DNA of 64,000 bases. Source: Lama guanicoe. Its lineage: Eukaryota. The notes under the pieces were generated by a model. It worked only from the letters and a program-made list of their open reading frames with translations, made no database searches and was not told the origin of the DNA. Numbering within the stretch: position 1 is the first letter of the stretch; every line of letters starts with the position of its first letter. Both the position numbers and the translations under genes were made by a program. Below, one piece after another: positions 38,262 to 51,377 of the stretch. Location of the stretch: contig MU053629.1 in the NCBI GenBank assembly GCA_013239625.1, positions 1,143,567 to 1,207,566 on the forward strand, given 5' to 3'.

Positions 38262-38652
38262 GGAGAGGGGTTCTCAGTCGGGGCAACTTTGCCCCTCCTC
38301 CCACTGAGGCATTTGACAATGTCTGGAGATGTTTTGGCTGTCACAAGAGGGGGTGCTGCTGGCACGTAGTGGGCAGGGGCCAAGGATGCACAGGTCAGCC
38401 CTCACAAGAATTACCAGCTCCAAATGCCGATACTATCTGGGGAGGGTATAGCTCAGTGGTAGAGCACATGCTTAGCATGCATGAGGTCCTGGGTTCAATC
38501 CCCAGTACCAACATTAAAATAAACAAACAAAAATCTAATTTCTACCCCCCCCAAAAAAAAACCCCTACATAAAATCTAATTAAAAAAAAAAAGAAAGAAA
38601 CCCAAATGTCAATATTGACATGCCAATGCCAAGGCTGAGAAACCCTGCCCTG
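38262..38652 (+). mobile_element. MER20 (hAT-Charlie) split by a SINE
   Basis: ggttctcagtcggggcaactttgccc...ggcatttgacaatgtctggaga...gccaaggctgagaaaccctg. Confidence 0.75.
38439..38600 (+). mobile_element. tRNA-Ala-derived SINE inserted into a MER20
   Basis: ggggagggtatagctcagtggtagagcacatgcttagcatgcatgaggtcctgggttcaatccccagtacc plus a long A-rich tail; degenerate TSD ccaaatg(c/t)c(g/a)ata. Confidence 0.88.
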
Positions 38653-41447
38653 GGGCTGTCATAGACTGTACACCTGTCAAGGACAGAAGCCAAGTTCTGT
38701 GTTCCCTTCCTAGCACAGCTGAGGAAAAAGCAGGGACCAGTTAAGTGATTCAGTCCCAGTTGTCCCAATCTGATTAAACCCCAGGTCCCCGTTTCAAAGT
38801 CCAGGCACTTTGTCTCCTAGAGGATTTCCTAACATTACTTTTCTCCTGGCAGAAAACTCCAGAGTTTTCATTTTCCGACTCCACAGTTGCTATTAACTTC
38901 CAGAGAAGACCCTGAATAAAGTAGCCCTAATTACAGGCATGACTCGGTAGAAAAGTGTGCAAACATCTGAGTCCCAGGTGCTCAAGGTTCGCGCTGACAG
39001 GCTCGCTGCATCAACCTGAAGCGGTACATTGCAGCCTGAGACACACTCCAGGTTGGTGTGAGAGGGCCTTCGGGGGATGAGGTTTGGGGCTTCGCTCCTT
39101 TGGAGCTGCCCCATCCTTGCTTCTTGGGAAACAATCCCATTTGCTGCCTGAGTTTTTGGGAAATGAGAGGGAAATGAGAATTCTGGCCAAGTTTCTATAA
39201 TCAGCCTCCAAATGAACAGGTTTGCCTCAGTCTGCCATGGATTCTCATTCCACGGAGACAGCCTGGCCCGGCCTGGGCTCTTGGAAGCAGCAGCTTTGGC
39301 TGAGTCACGCAGGAGGGGCAGCGGCAAAGCTGCATTTGGGCTGTGACCTCCATGTCCTAAGCTGGAGCCGGTCTGGGAGCTTCTGCTTACAGGCCCCTCC
39401 CCAAGCCCCCCAGCCAGACAAGGAGGATCTAATGAAGCGCTCTGCTACAAGCCTGACTGCACTGCCCGCTCTAGGCGCCAGCTTAGACCTGAGCCGGTCT
39501 AAGAAGATGGCTAATTATCCCCAAGGCCACAGTCCATGATGCACGAAGTGCACATTACTTTTGGATGTCAAGTTCCTGCATGGTTTCTTCTGATCCTCTG
39601 TAACTGCCCTCACACACTGTCCCTGCAACGTAAAGGCGGGATGGGCAGTTGTTAGTGTCCACTTAGAATCAGACCGTGTTCGCACCGTCAGGATGTTAGC
39701 TCACCTAGTCCAGCCCCTCATTTTATGGCTGAGGAAACCAAGACCAAAGAAGGGGCACGATTTGCCTGCATTTTACGGCCAGGAGGAACAAAAGTGAGGC
39801 CTTGAACTTTGGTCTCCTGACTGTGGGGGAGTACCTGTCACCCCACCCCCTGTGACCTGTAGAGACTGGCCCAGAGAACCAGAGCTGATCATTATCCTTG
39901 AATCACAAGCAAAATTCTACCTGATCCGTGTGAGCAGAGTCCCTGATCTCCAGGCAGAGTTTTTTCTGTTTTTAAGGGTTGAAGTATTTCTGTTTAACCC
40001 TTGATTACTACAGACTTAATTTAGAAGGATAGGAAAAAAGGAAGTTATATCCACAAGAGGGTAATTCTGTGCATTTGAGGCATTTCCTAGAAAAGAAGCT
40101 GGTAGTCGTCATCTTATGCATCCTCAGTTTTTAGGAGGGGCTGTTGTTTATAGATTCAGTTTTCAGACCAGGAAACTGGGGGAAGGAGGGAACTTACCTT
40201 AACTAATGGTATCTGGAGAGATGAACACAAAAGATAAATTCTTGGGCAGTTCTTGATTAAGTAACTGACAGAGAAAGACAGAATTCTGACCATATGCGTG
40301 AGTCACTTCAGAAGAGCATGTTTCTAAAGCTGTCTGGCAAGGGCCTTGAAATACAATCTTCATATGTTCAACTAAGCTGAGCAGGTGCTGGTTATAATCT
40401 CACACGATATGAAAGGAATAGCAACAGAACGAGGCGCCCCAGGGCAGCTGAGGAGAGCTGATTCTTTGACATGTGGGAAAATGGGGTCATCTGGAAATGG
40501 GAACCCCTGGCCCAGTTCGGTCACAAGTGATGCAGGATAAAGTAGAACTTCCACGGACTGGCCCTTCTCCTGACCACTCGAGAGTCCCGAGCTGGGAGCA
40601 CAGCTCAAGAATTGACAGTGAGAAAGTGAACTTGGAGATTTGGAGAGTGTAGCCCCAAGAGTGCCCGCTTACCCCTTTCCCTGGGCCCCCGGCTTCCACA
40701 GTCTGGATGTCGGTAACAAGCAAGTCAAGATCCTAAATGTTCATCTGGGGAGTTACGGTTACAGATCTAAAAGGAAGCACTGAGCTTCCATAGCTCAGGA
40801 AGAAACCGAAATATGAAGCTTCATTCAGCATCGACCCGGGGCGCCTGTGCTTGTGCATCAAGGAGATGAGACAAAAGGCAGTTCTGCGGATGCTTTCTTG
40901 TCTGATGGGCCCTGCTACGTAAGACCGTGAGCTGCTTGAGGCTCAGACTTGGGTTGTACCCACTTCCCAGAACCTTAGAGAGGAGCATCCCTGGACCTTG
41001 GTGATGCTGGTGGTGCCATGAATCACCTGACAAGGCTGAAGATGGGCCTTGATGCTAAGAAAGCCTAGAGTAAGAAGTTGGAAGTTTGATCTCATGAAAA
41101 GGGTCCTATCATGTGTCTTAGGAGAAGAGGTGGTTCTCCAGAGCAGAGGCCCCCAGAACATCCTCTCTTCCCCACCTGTGGGAGACTCTCAGACGTAGTG
41201 AGGGTTCTGGTCCATGCCCCTGGAGGCCTGTGCTTCCCTGCAGAGGCTCAGGGAAGTCAAGGTCAGTAATGGGAGAGCTCAGTATATCCACGCACGGTAG
41301 CAATTCACGCACCTGGTTCCTTTGGCAGCCAAAGTACTTTTAACCCACTTCCTAGGGCGTCGGCGACATAAGCCCGCAGGCAGGGCTCCCAGCTTCATAC
41401 AAAAGGACGCCTTGGCACCACGCTCCCCACACACTGCATCTCCTTAC

Positions 41448-41574
41448 CTTGTTGGAAGGAGACGTACACCAGCCTCTCATCAAACTTCTGGACCTGCCGG
41501 AAGTTGTTGACCATCTCTATGGGGGACGGGTCATCCACATTTGTGCAGTACAGGCCTTCTTCCAACTTCACCAG
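41448..41574 (-). CDS. CA12: CA12 exon 8 (127 bp)
   Basis: [42 protein letters not shown]; NFRxxQ motif; donor AAG|GTAAGG. Confidence 0.97.
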
Positions 41575-42914
41575 CTGTGGGAAAAGAGCAGAAACACCCA
41601 CCATGGATGGAGTGACGCCCCCTTGCCTCACCTCCAGGGGAGGGACTAGGGGACCTCACCTCCTCCGGGACCCGGTGGGAGACCCCTAGGGAAGCAGTGG
41701 GAAAGCCAGAAACTGCCCCCTCCCCTGCAGGTGTCTAAGTGACTGGGCATGGGGTAAGCCCATGTGACCTCCCGCTGTCTTCCCACCTCCTGGGCCACCG
41801 GGAGGGTTCGTGCTGTCTGCCCCAGATTGTGCCAGGAATCTGCTCTGCAGGGAGGGAAACCTGGGCTGGTGAGGGGCTCCTCAGCCTCTCAGAGACTGCA
41901 TTCCTCTGAGCCTCACTGGGAACCCAGCTCTAAGTCAGTGGCACTTTTCTGATGGTTCCATCCAAAGGAACAAAAAGAGGGAAGCAAGAGTTTCACAGGT
42001 CATCTGACTACCAGTTCCATGGAACTTTCTATACACCCACATAGATTATAGAGCTGTTTCCAAAGCAGTATCTGGGTTAGGGTGTTTCTGCCTCCCCACC
42101 CATTTTATCTCTTGGTTCATCACGTCTTTATTCCTGTCTGCCCACTTGCTGCCATTTATCGAGATTACTCAGATCCGTAGCTCATAGTAAAAAAAAAAAG
42201 CAGCAGTGAAGCTGTACTGGGCTCATGAAGGGGGCGGGGGGTCGTGAGCCAGTGTGCAGCGCCCCCCTGGCCCCGTCTCCTGACAGGCAAGTTTCTCCTG
42301 ATGAATTTCAGCTGCAGGGTGGAAGCACAGGCGGTGACTGCGAGCGAGCGAGCGAGCTCTCTCTGGGTCTTAGCCCTGTCACTAACCAGCTGGTGATCCC
42401 GCAAGTCTCCTCAGCTCGCTAACCCTCACTTTCATCACCCAAAAAAATGAGAGGGTTAGAGGTGATTGCCAAGGACTGTGTCCCCCAGTTTTGCACTAGG
42501 CTGTGAGCTTCTTGAGGGCAGAGCGCCTCACTTCCTCACTGCTGCAATCCCCGCCCCACGCCGGGTCTGTTAAACCGTCTAGCCTGGTCCTGTCCTTAGG
42601 GCCCCCGTAGAGGAGCCGTGCTCTTTCCTGCCTGGGAGGCAAACACTGTCCACTGGGGGACACACTAGGAACCACAGCTCAACAGCTCTTTTTTAAAGAA
42701 CTGTGGAGGTAGATTCATTCTCCCCACTTGACTTGATGGCTCCGCCTCTGAAGCTCAGCCTGTAATGTCTGCAGCGCTTCCAGGCTGGAGAGGCTTTGAA
42801 CAGCTGCCAATGAAACTCTAAGTGAGAAACTCAAGTCATTGATTGTGATGATTCGAGTGATGGGAGGGTCCGAGGTACCATGTGGTTTGTGCCAAGGAAG
42901 AGCAGGGCAGTTAC

Positions 42915-43072
42915 CTGAGCCCGGGAAACTTGCACAGGGTTCCGGAAGACTGTCCAGAGCACGGAGGGGTGGCAAGGCGGTGTGGTCAGGGACCCTTTGT
43001 AGCGGTAGTACTGCTCAGGCCTCTCCGGCAGCAGCTCCTCAATGCTGAAACCCGGGATGTGCACCTCTTGGC
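42915..43072 (-). CDS. CA12: CA12 exon 7 (158 bp)
   Basis: (G)[52 protein letters not shown], with the GSLTTPPC motif (Thr199). Confidence 0.97.
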
Positions 43073-43265
43073 CTGGGGACACACGTTGGGGAGGTGATGT
43101 TGCCTTGCTCCCCAGAGCAGTGGTGCAGCTGAGCATATGACTGAGCCTGGAAACGTGAGCTAGCCCCGTCCTGAGCCATCTGATTCAAGAGCCTGGTCAC
43201 AGTGCCCCTCTGTGCATTGCTCTTCAGCTCATACAAGGGCAAATGAGCATCCAAGGAGCCCTCAC

Positions 43266-43329
43266 CTTTGTACTTTACATCTGGAAGGTGACTGAAGATC
43301 TTGTCATATGATGGATTGGAGGAGCCCAT
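43266..43329 (-). CDS. CA12: CA12 exon 6 (64 bp)
   Basis: MGSSNPSYDKIFSHLPDVKYK(G); canonical splice sites. Confidence 0.96.
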
Positions 43330-44153
43330 CTGCAACAGAGATGGAGCAGGTTGAATGGGGACAGAACTCCATAGGCTGAGCCTGGCTTGGCAACTCCTGA
43401 TGGAAGGGCTCTGCTGTCGGTGTGGGGTTAGCACTGTAAGGTCCTCTCCAAAGGGTATGCTTTCCCGGGACAAGTATGATGGACTACTAGGCTGTTAGGG
43501 GCTTGTTGTCATGGTCCTTCCCTCTTGCATCTCAGGATGTCCTATTTGCAGCTCAAGGCTTGAGTGCTCCTAATTATCTGGCTATGAGCCTGAAGGCCAC
43601 ACCTAGCATGTTCTCTAACCAGAACTTAAGGGAGCTTGAGTTCATGCAGGCCGAGACAGGCAAGTAAGTACATTGAGAAATGGTGTACATGCTGTTCATC
43701 GGGGAAAAATGCAAGTGAATCAGGAGATATGTCCATTTTCTGGAATTAAGGAAAGAACTCATTCTGGGATCTATATAAAGGATGGAGCGTGGATGCTGGG
43801 AATTGTACTGAGTTCAAGCATCTAATGGGACAGCAGTGAATGATCCCGCCCCCAGCCAGGTCCTATTCAACTGGGCGATTCCATGTTTATGCAATGGGGC
43901 TGGGGACTAGGACTCATTTTTCCAGTGTCACATAGGACACGCCCATCTCTACTGTGGAGCCACAGAAAGTGCTGGCTCCTGGCTAAGAGGGAAGGAACCC
44001 TATGGGGAATAACCCCTGCGCTAGAGACAAGACGGAGCTGAAACGGAAGTGAGCCATGCACATCCAACACACAGGTGTGCATGGAACCAGAGGTCGAGTC
44101 TGATATTACCCTGACCTCAAATGTCACATAAGACCCTTGTCAACATCTCTTAC

Positions 44154-44249
44154 CTCTATGAGAACAGCTAGGACAGCGAGGCCTTCTGGCTTGTCACTGG
44201 CGATGCTGGCGTTGGGGTACAGGTCCGAGTTGTAATAGACAATATGCAG
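44154..44249 (-). CDS. CA12: CA12 exon 5 (96 bp)
   Basis: [32 protein letters not shown], containing the third Zn ligand His119. cAG acceptor and GTAAGA donor. Confidence 0.97.
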
Positions 44250-44959
44250 CTGCCGTGGGAAAGAGGAGGTGAGTTGCTGTCCATCGGGGGAGAGCAACTC
44301 GGGGGAAACTTTCACTTTTGCAGGAGACTGGAGTCCAATGGGAAGGACAGACCCCCCCACCCCCAGCTGGATTGGGCCTCTCAGGCCCCTGGCTCACGGC
44401 CTCCCCAGTTCTCCCTGCTCTCTCAGTCCTCTAGGCTGCAAACTCCCCTCGGGCAGTCGATCCGTCTTATTCTCTCATTGTATCCCAGTATCTGCTATGG
44501 TCCTTGAAAAGGACCAGACATACAGCAGATACTGAGTGAATGAATGAACACATGGGTTTCTGTACTAGCCGTGAGAAAGCCTGGATACTCTGGAGCACTG
44601 CTCCCTTCTAATTTCTCCTATTTATTCTGGAGCCTGGGGCAAAATGGTCCCATGTGGCTTGCCCCCTCAGCCTGGCCACTCTGTACTTGGTCTGGAAGCC
44701 CTGGGGGCTGGGGCAGTGAGCCTCCAACTGTGACTTAATTTTAACTGTACCCAGAGTGGGGAACCTACTTATCTCTCAGGTGGAAAAAATCACAACATGG
44801 CTTTCATAAAGGTTTTATCAGTCGTATTTTGAGACCCCAAACCAAAAAATGTAGACTTTTACTTTTTCAAAACACCATTCTAAACTCATTTTTTCCCCCA
44901 AAGCAGAAATTACTTCTCATTATTAAAGTGAGGAAAAGAGAAGTTTTGGAGGAATATTT

Positions 44960-45120
44960 GGGTTTAAAAAGTCTAGGTAAACTCTGATGAGTGATGTTGA
45001 GAATGAGGGAGGCTATACATGTGTCGGGGCAAAGGGTACACGGGAAATCTCTGTTCCTTCCTCTCAATTTTGCTGTGAACCTAAAATGCTCTAAAAAAAA
45101 GTCTTAAAAATTAAAAAAAA
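44960..45120 (+). mobile_element. L1MC-type 3' end
   Basis: gggaaatctctgttccttcctctcaattttgctgtgaacctaaa plus an A-rich tail. Confidence 0.7.
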
Positions 45121-45189
45121 TGTATAGGTAAGCATTAAAACATTCTTATGATAAACTCTAACAATATTTAACCTAATTTTTTAATCCTA

Positions 45190-45304
45190 AAAAAATATAT
45201 ATTTTATATATATTATTTTATATATTATATATATAATATATTTTTTTATATATAAAATATATTACCTGTCCTCCAAAAAACTATATTGGTAGATAAATAT
45301 ACAT

Positions 45305-45340
<36 letters not shown>
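45190..45340. repeat. AT-rich low-complexity / (TA)n
   Basis: Visible (TA)n runs. Confidence 0.9.
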
Positions 45341-45343
<3 letters not shown>

Positions 45344-46994
45344 CACATGTATTTTTGTTGATTCTTTGCCTCTTGAGACTATGACACATTGAGTTTTTTG
45401 TCTCTCTTTTCTTTTTCTTCATTAATCTCTTTTTCCATCTTACGTGGTTATAAATAGAATTCAAGCATATTTTAATGAATACAGGTCAGTGTTTCCTACT
45501 TTTCAAGTGGCTCTTTCTAATTTTTACAAATTGTATCAAATCGTTTCTTCTTTTAAACGGGCCTCTGTTAAGGGTTTCTTATGGGCTCCTACAACGGCAT
45601 CCTTCTCCCCAAAGGATGTAGCCTGCCGCGTGGCCACACACCATCTTGGCCCGGCACTGATTGCTTTGAGAGATGGTGCAAAAGTCTATGTGGCTAAAAC
45701 CCCAGAAGTCCTAGAACCTCATTTCTTTTTATAGCTGACCTTTGAGCTGGTGTTCTCTTTTAGCACCTTTCTCACTGTGTTCAGATGAAATCAAGAGGAA
45801 GACTAACACAACCAGAAGGGAACTCCTTCCTGAGAAGATTAAGAGAGTCTTCATATATAGGCTCAATCCAGAGGAACTGCTACCCTTTCCAGCACCCTCC
45901 ACAGAGCATCTGACACTTTAGGGCCACCTTGATGTATTTGCTCTGTTATTGACATTTGCGGTCCTTCATCACCAAGCTCTGGGTCTGATGATGTGGTTTA
46001 ATAGCAGAAAATACAATAACTAGAAATATTTTTAAATGTCTAAACCCTCTCAGCCTCCACACCCTAACTCCTTTACTCCTCATGGGGAAATAGAGGCCAC
46101 CTCATTGCAGTTAGACTGAAAGGAATTGTAGTCTTGGAGGTTCAGAGAGGGGACTGCTGTCTGAAATATGTGTACCCCCAGTAGGGCCATCCTACCGGGC
46201 CAGGATGATCGCCCCTCCTCACTGGTAACTCGACCTCAAATTAGCCTGAGACATTAAGCAATTATCAGTTAAGAACAGCGGAGAATGGTCATGTCATTAT
46301 TTACCATGGGCTCTGCTGGCTGATCAGCAGCATCTATCTCCTTGTATTTATTGCCCTGTAAATGTTTAAAACCACCCCCCTCCAAGTTCAATCCCTTGGG
46401 AGCTCTGAAATGCAGCAGTTCAACCTCTGCCTGCCACTGCACACTTACAGTGCAGGGACAAAGCTCTGCTCCTCTTCCTGTCTCCTTTGGTATTTGTGGT
46501 AGCACCTTAGGTGTTTATAATGCTGTCATCCTTTGGTTTGCAGCCAAGTAGAAGAGTGACCCTGGACCCAGATCCTTAAGTTCCAAGCATAACCCATGCC
46601 CAGGGAAAGGAAAGATGGGGTGGGAAAGACCTATGCAAGCAGCATGGTGTGTGAAGAGACTGAGGATTCGGGGGAGCCATTAGCCCAGTATGATCCGGCA
46701 GTGGGATGGGTCAGCCAGGCAAGCTGGTGGGATGTTAATCTGTGCAGGCAGAAGGGTGACGTCTAGAAATGGGGAGTGTGTGTCCCATTGTGCCACCCTG
46801 TGAGCTCTGCCTTTGGGGCAGCATCACTCAGTAAGGACATAAACTCAGCATGTCCAGGAGAGGAAGGGGACCAGGACACCACAGAAGACACCACCCTGCC
46901 CCATGCCCTGATCTTATCTGCACACCAGCCAAGGGGAAGGACACCAGACCACCCACCGCCGGGCAGCCTCTGCCAGCCGGGCCACCCCACTCAC

Positions 46995-47137
46995 CTCGGC
47001 GGCAAAGTGCTTCCCACCAATAGTGTGCTCGGAGCCGTGGGGGTCGTTCCGGTCCCCCCAGTGCAGATGCAGCTGTGAGGCGTTGTAGCGGGCCCCAAGG
47101 CCCTGGATTTGCATGTCCTTGGGCAATTTCAGCTTCA
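46995..47137 (-). CDS. CA12: CA12 exon 4 (143 bp)
   Basis: [48 protein letters not shown], with the Zn ligands His94/His96 and the GSEH motif. Donor GAG|GTGAGT. Confidence 0.97.
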
Positions 47138-47979
47138 CTACAGGGAGCAGAAAGGCAGTCTTCAGAGCCCTGGCCAGCTGAGCGATGCCTGAGAGCAGTC
47201 AAGTAGGCATCACCCGCCCAGGGCCCACAGGGGGCAGGTGGATGCAGCGAGGTGGGGACCAGGGAGATGCAGCCTGCAGGTCGGAAACCTGGGCTCTTTC
47301 CCTAAGAATATCCCCCTTTCACTAAAGCAATTCCAGCACCTTCTTGGTTCCCCTTGGAACCAGTGATGGCAGGAACTAATATAGACCAATGGATGAATAT
47401 TTATTTACATATCCATATATTACACACTTAGCTGTAAAGTGAAGCTGTAATGAAGTGTCTGCCAAGCATCTACTCTGTTCTGGATCCCAGCATACATCAT
47501 CTGTCTTCACAGTACCCATCAGTGTGCCCATTTTCCAGGGGAAACCTCAAGGCGGTTAAAATTCTTATCCAGGATCTCATGACTCATAAGTGGTCAAACC
47601 AGGATTCAAAGTCAGGTTGATGTGGCCCCACAGCCTGGGCAAGCCCCCCAATGAACGGTGTGGCCCCTTGAGTCATTCATGATACCCCAGAATCCACTCC
47701 CGCACCACATCCGATGGGCCAAGGGGCTCAGGTCTGTTCCCTCTCCCATCGCAAGAGGGGTGCTTCTTCTGAGATGTGCTCCCACGGCAGGACCACCTGA
47801 GCCCAGGGCCTGCAGTGAGCATCCCCTGGAGAGAGTGGTCTGAGCACCCCTCAAGGGCTCCCCTTGTGCCCCTTCCTGGGGGCCTCAGCTGCGCCCCCTG
47901 TGCTCCCAGCAGACGGCGGAGGCTGGGGCGCTGAGGGGAGCTCAGACACCCTGGCAGCTCTCAGAGGTCTCTCCCCCAC

Positions 47980-48159
47980 CTGAATGGCCATTGTTGGTCA
48001 GGATGAAGGGCTGGTTGGCAGACGCGTTGTAGCCCTGGAAGGCGAGGGGCCCAAGGCTGGCGTTGTACTGGAGGATGTCGCCGTGCAGGTCTATCGGGGA
48101 CTGCAGCAGGCCCCCGCACGATGGGTAGTTCTTGGACCAGTTCTTCTCCCCGTCGGGAC
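47980..48159 (-). CDS. CA12: CA12 exon 3 (180 bp)
   Basis: AG/GT boundaries. (G)[59 protein letters not shown], with the alpha-CA QSPID and NNGHS (His64 proton shuttle) motifs. Confidence 0.97.
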
Positions 48160-48704
48160 CTGGAAGGGGAGATTCAAGTCCATGGCTTTATCAGGTTTCC
48201 ACCAAAGTTTCTTCCTCCCCCTCTAATTCTGTGTGCAATACAGTTACTCCTTTTCTGTTCTGTTCTTCATCCCCAGAGGTATATTCTGCAGGGCCCAAAG
48301 ATCTCAGCCTACAGAATCAGGTCATGCAAAGGCCTCCAGACCATTTGCTCTTGAAGTGATGTGGGGGTAGAAGGGCCAGAGCGGCCCCATGGCAGGGACT
48401 CTGCTTTATACAGTACGTTGTTCGTATTTCGCCCAGTGCACACCCACTCCACGTGAAGACCCCGTGCCTTTCAGCAATTTAGTACCTGTTTACACAACAC
48501 CTACACGAGCAGGTAGTTCTCTGGGTCTTGGGGCTGCCAGATTGCCCCCAACAATAGTGTCCTGGCTTGCCCAAACTTGCATGCTAGTGGGAAAGAATTT
48601 CTTGTTAATTACAAAACATTTTTTTTTTCATGAGGCTAAGGAAAACTTTGTTTTATTATGATGTTCAAGCTTAGTATAAAACCTATGGCTCTCTTTCCTT
48701 TGGT

Positions 48705-48930
48705 ACTTTTTAAAATTGAAGTATAGTTGTATACAATATTATATAAGTTACAGGTATACAATGTAATGATTTATAATTTTTAAAGGTTATACTCGGTTTA
48801 TAGTTATTATAAACTATGGGCTATATTCCTTGTGTTATACAATATATCCTTGTAGCTCATTTTATACCTAATAGTTTGCACCTTTTGCCCCTTCCCCTAT
48901 ATATTGCTCTCCCCTCTTCCCTCTCCTGGT
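48705..48930 (-). mobile_element. L1 3' end fragment
   Basis: aattgaagtatagttg...tacaatattatataagttacaggtatacaa...ccctatattg. Confidence 0.75.
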
Positions 48931-49874
48931 GGGGAAGAATTTAATTAATCTGCTGGGACATCCCACATTGGAAAAATTGTGTCTGACTGACTGCAGCTCC
49001 AGGTGGGTCTTTGAGGCTGCTGGTTTACAGATAAGATCTTCCTGATAGGAAAGCCTTAAAGACATTGACTCTGAATACCTTCATTTAGGGCAGGTATAGA
49101 TCCCCCAACCTGATAGGGATGCTTGAAAAATATCAAGTAATTACAGGCCCAGAGTCACAGATCTAAATGCAGTGTTTATGCTGGGGTAAAGTATGACAGT
49201 ATTACAAATGAATCATTACAATCTAATTGACAAACTAGCAGTGAGGAGGAGCCGTCTTAAAAAAAAAAATCCTCCAGGGCTCAGGCTACTTGCTAACTAC
49301 CAGGTAATAGTCCTTCCTCTGGAAATGAAAATAAACAATCCAGTCCTGTGTTCGGATGAACTTTCTTACTCCCACAGGGAAAAGTCTTCAAAGAATGTAA
49401 AGCTATGTTTAAAAGATTATCTCCCATGGTAATTAAATGGATTTTCAAGCTGAGGTTTCTCCAGAAAAGCAAATAATTGGCCTGTTGTGGCTTGTTAGAG
49501 TAGAGCATGGTGCCCTGTGGGCTCTCTTGGAGTTAGGAACCAAGGTTTGCCACCTGGACTTCATTCATCAGCATTTCAGCAGGAGGAGGGGTGTTGACTG
49601 GAGCAGGGGGAAGGAACCCCACTTTTTCCAGGCGCCCTCCCGCAGCCCACAGCACTGTTTCACAAGAGTGTGTGTTGTGTGCAGTGACTCCCCGGAACCC
49701 CCATTCCCTGCACCCTGTTCTCTAACTAGGGGACCTCACCTGAGAGTTGGGAGAGTCAGAGGCAAAACTTGGTGCCCACGTTCATTTAAAATGCTGTGAG
49801 GAGTTGGTCCTAGGTCTGGACACACACAGTAGAACCCTACTGATTTTTCAGGCTGTCAACCTTTGGATATACCT

Positions 49875-50130
49875 TTTTTTAAAAAGTTGAAGTATAGTCG
49901 ATTTACAATGTTGTGTTAGTTTCTGGTGTACAGCATGGTGATGCAGTTGCGTGCGCGCACGCACACACACACACACACACACATTCTCTGTCATTATAGG
50001 TTAACTACAAGATTTTAAATATAGTTCCCAATGCTATATAGGAGGACTTCACTGTTCGTCTGTTTTATCTATAGTAGTTAGTGTCTGCAAATCCCAACCT
50101 CCCAATTTATCCCTCCCCTCCTTTCTTCCC
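49875..50130 (-). mobile_element. Lineage-type L1 3' end with TSD
   Basis: ttgaagtatagtcgatttacaatgttgtgttagtttctggtgtacagc...cccaatttatccc; TSD ttgg(a/c)tatacctttt. Confidence 0.8.
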
Positions 50131-51377
50131 TTGGCTATACCTTTTCAGAAATGTTGGAGCTTGAAGGGAATTTCCAAATCTCCAGTCCATCCCCTCCCTG
50201 GACACCAGTTTTCTCAACTCCCCCATGTCAGGGTTTCCACTGAACTATATTGTTTTTATTTCCACGGCCTCAAAGCCCTGGGCCCAAGACGACTAACCCC
50301 ACTACACCAAGACGGCGTCCGGGGGAGAGAGAGGCTGGAGGACACCCAAGCAGTCACTCCAGGGGACAAACTGGAGTAGGACAGTCACTCAGCTGAGGGG
50401 GCAAAACTGAATTCCTTAGAGACAGCAGGGAGCAGAGGTGAAGCAGGCAGGAGGTACCATGCAAACCCGGAGGGTCTGGAAGAGGCACAGCTGCCAGGTG
50501 GCAAGGCTTCCACAGTGAGGCTGTCAGCATTTTCTCAGCTCACAACACCGCCTGGGCCCGCAGCCAGGGTGGCAGAGGCTGCTAGTCAGGTGCGAATGGA
50601 AAAACTCAGGAAGCGAAGAGGGGTGACCAAGAGGAGAGTTCCCCTTGCACACAAGGCTAAAGGGAATCGAGCAAGAAGAGTTTTCTTTTCCCAAAGCATG
50701 GGTTCCAAAAGGTTTCACGAAGAGGGGCCTGGGACATCCCATTTTCACCTCTGTGAGCCCACGTGGTGATAAGGGTCACACACATGATCGGCATTTAGTA
50801 AACTTTTCCCCAAAGAATGAAAGACCCCAAAGAACAGAGAGCCTGGGAAAAGGTTATCAGGAGGAATTTTTCTTTTTCTCTTTTGTCCTAAATACTCTTT
50901 CTTGGAAGTTGGTCAGATTAGGTATTTGGGAGCAGGGAAGATTAACGATACAAAAAGCAAACAGATCAGAGGTGGTAAAACCTTCCTAGCAAAGGGAAGC
51001 AGCTGTATCAGACCCGAGAGCCCGGGGCCCCAGACGCGGGCACCAGCCGTCCCACCACCACCTCTGTGAGTGACCTCGGGCAGGCCACATTCCCTGCCCG
51101 GGTCTCCTTTGCCCTTCGCAAAAAAAAAGGAAGGTTTGGACACTATGTTCTGGAAGAACCCTTCCAGCTTTCAAACTCAGATTTATGAAGAGTCCCAGGA
51201 CAAGCATTTTCACCTCTGCATCGGGCGAGCTGGAAGGAGTTGGAGAGAATCGCTCATGCCGGGGCAGCTCCTGGGCATGCGACGGGGTGCCAGTGGGAAC
51301 CAGCTGGCGGGAGAGTGGCCGCCCAGGGCAACCGGAACCTGCTGCCTGTCCTGGCCGCCGACCACCGGGGGCGCCAT

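Noticed and set aside
38439..38512. Apparent tRNA-Ala(AGC) gene (also 3171-3246 and 28054-28126)
   Set aside because: Multiple diverged copies with A-rich tails and TSDs, one inserted into a MER20; these are SINEs, not functional tRNA loci.
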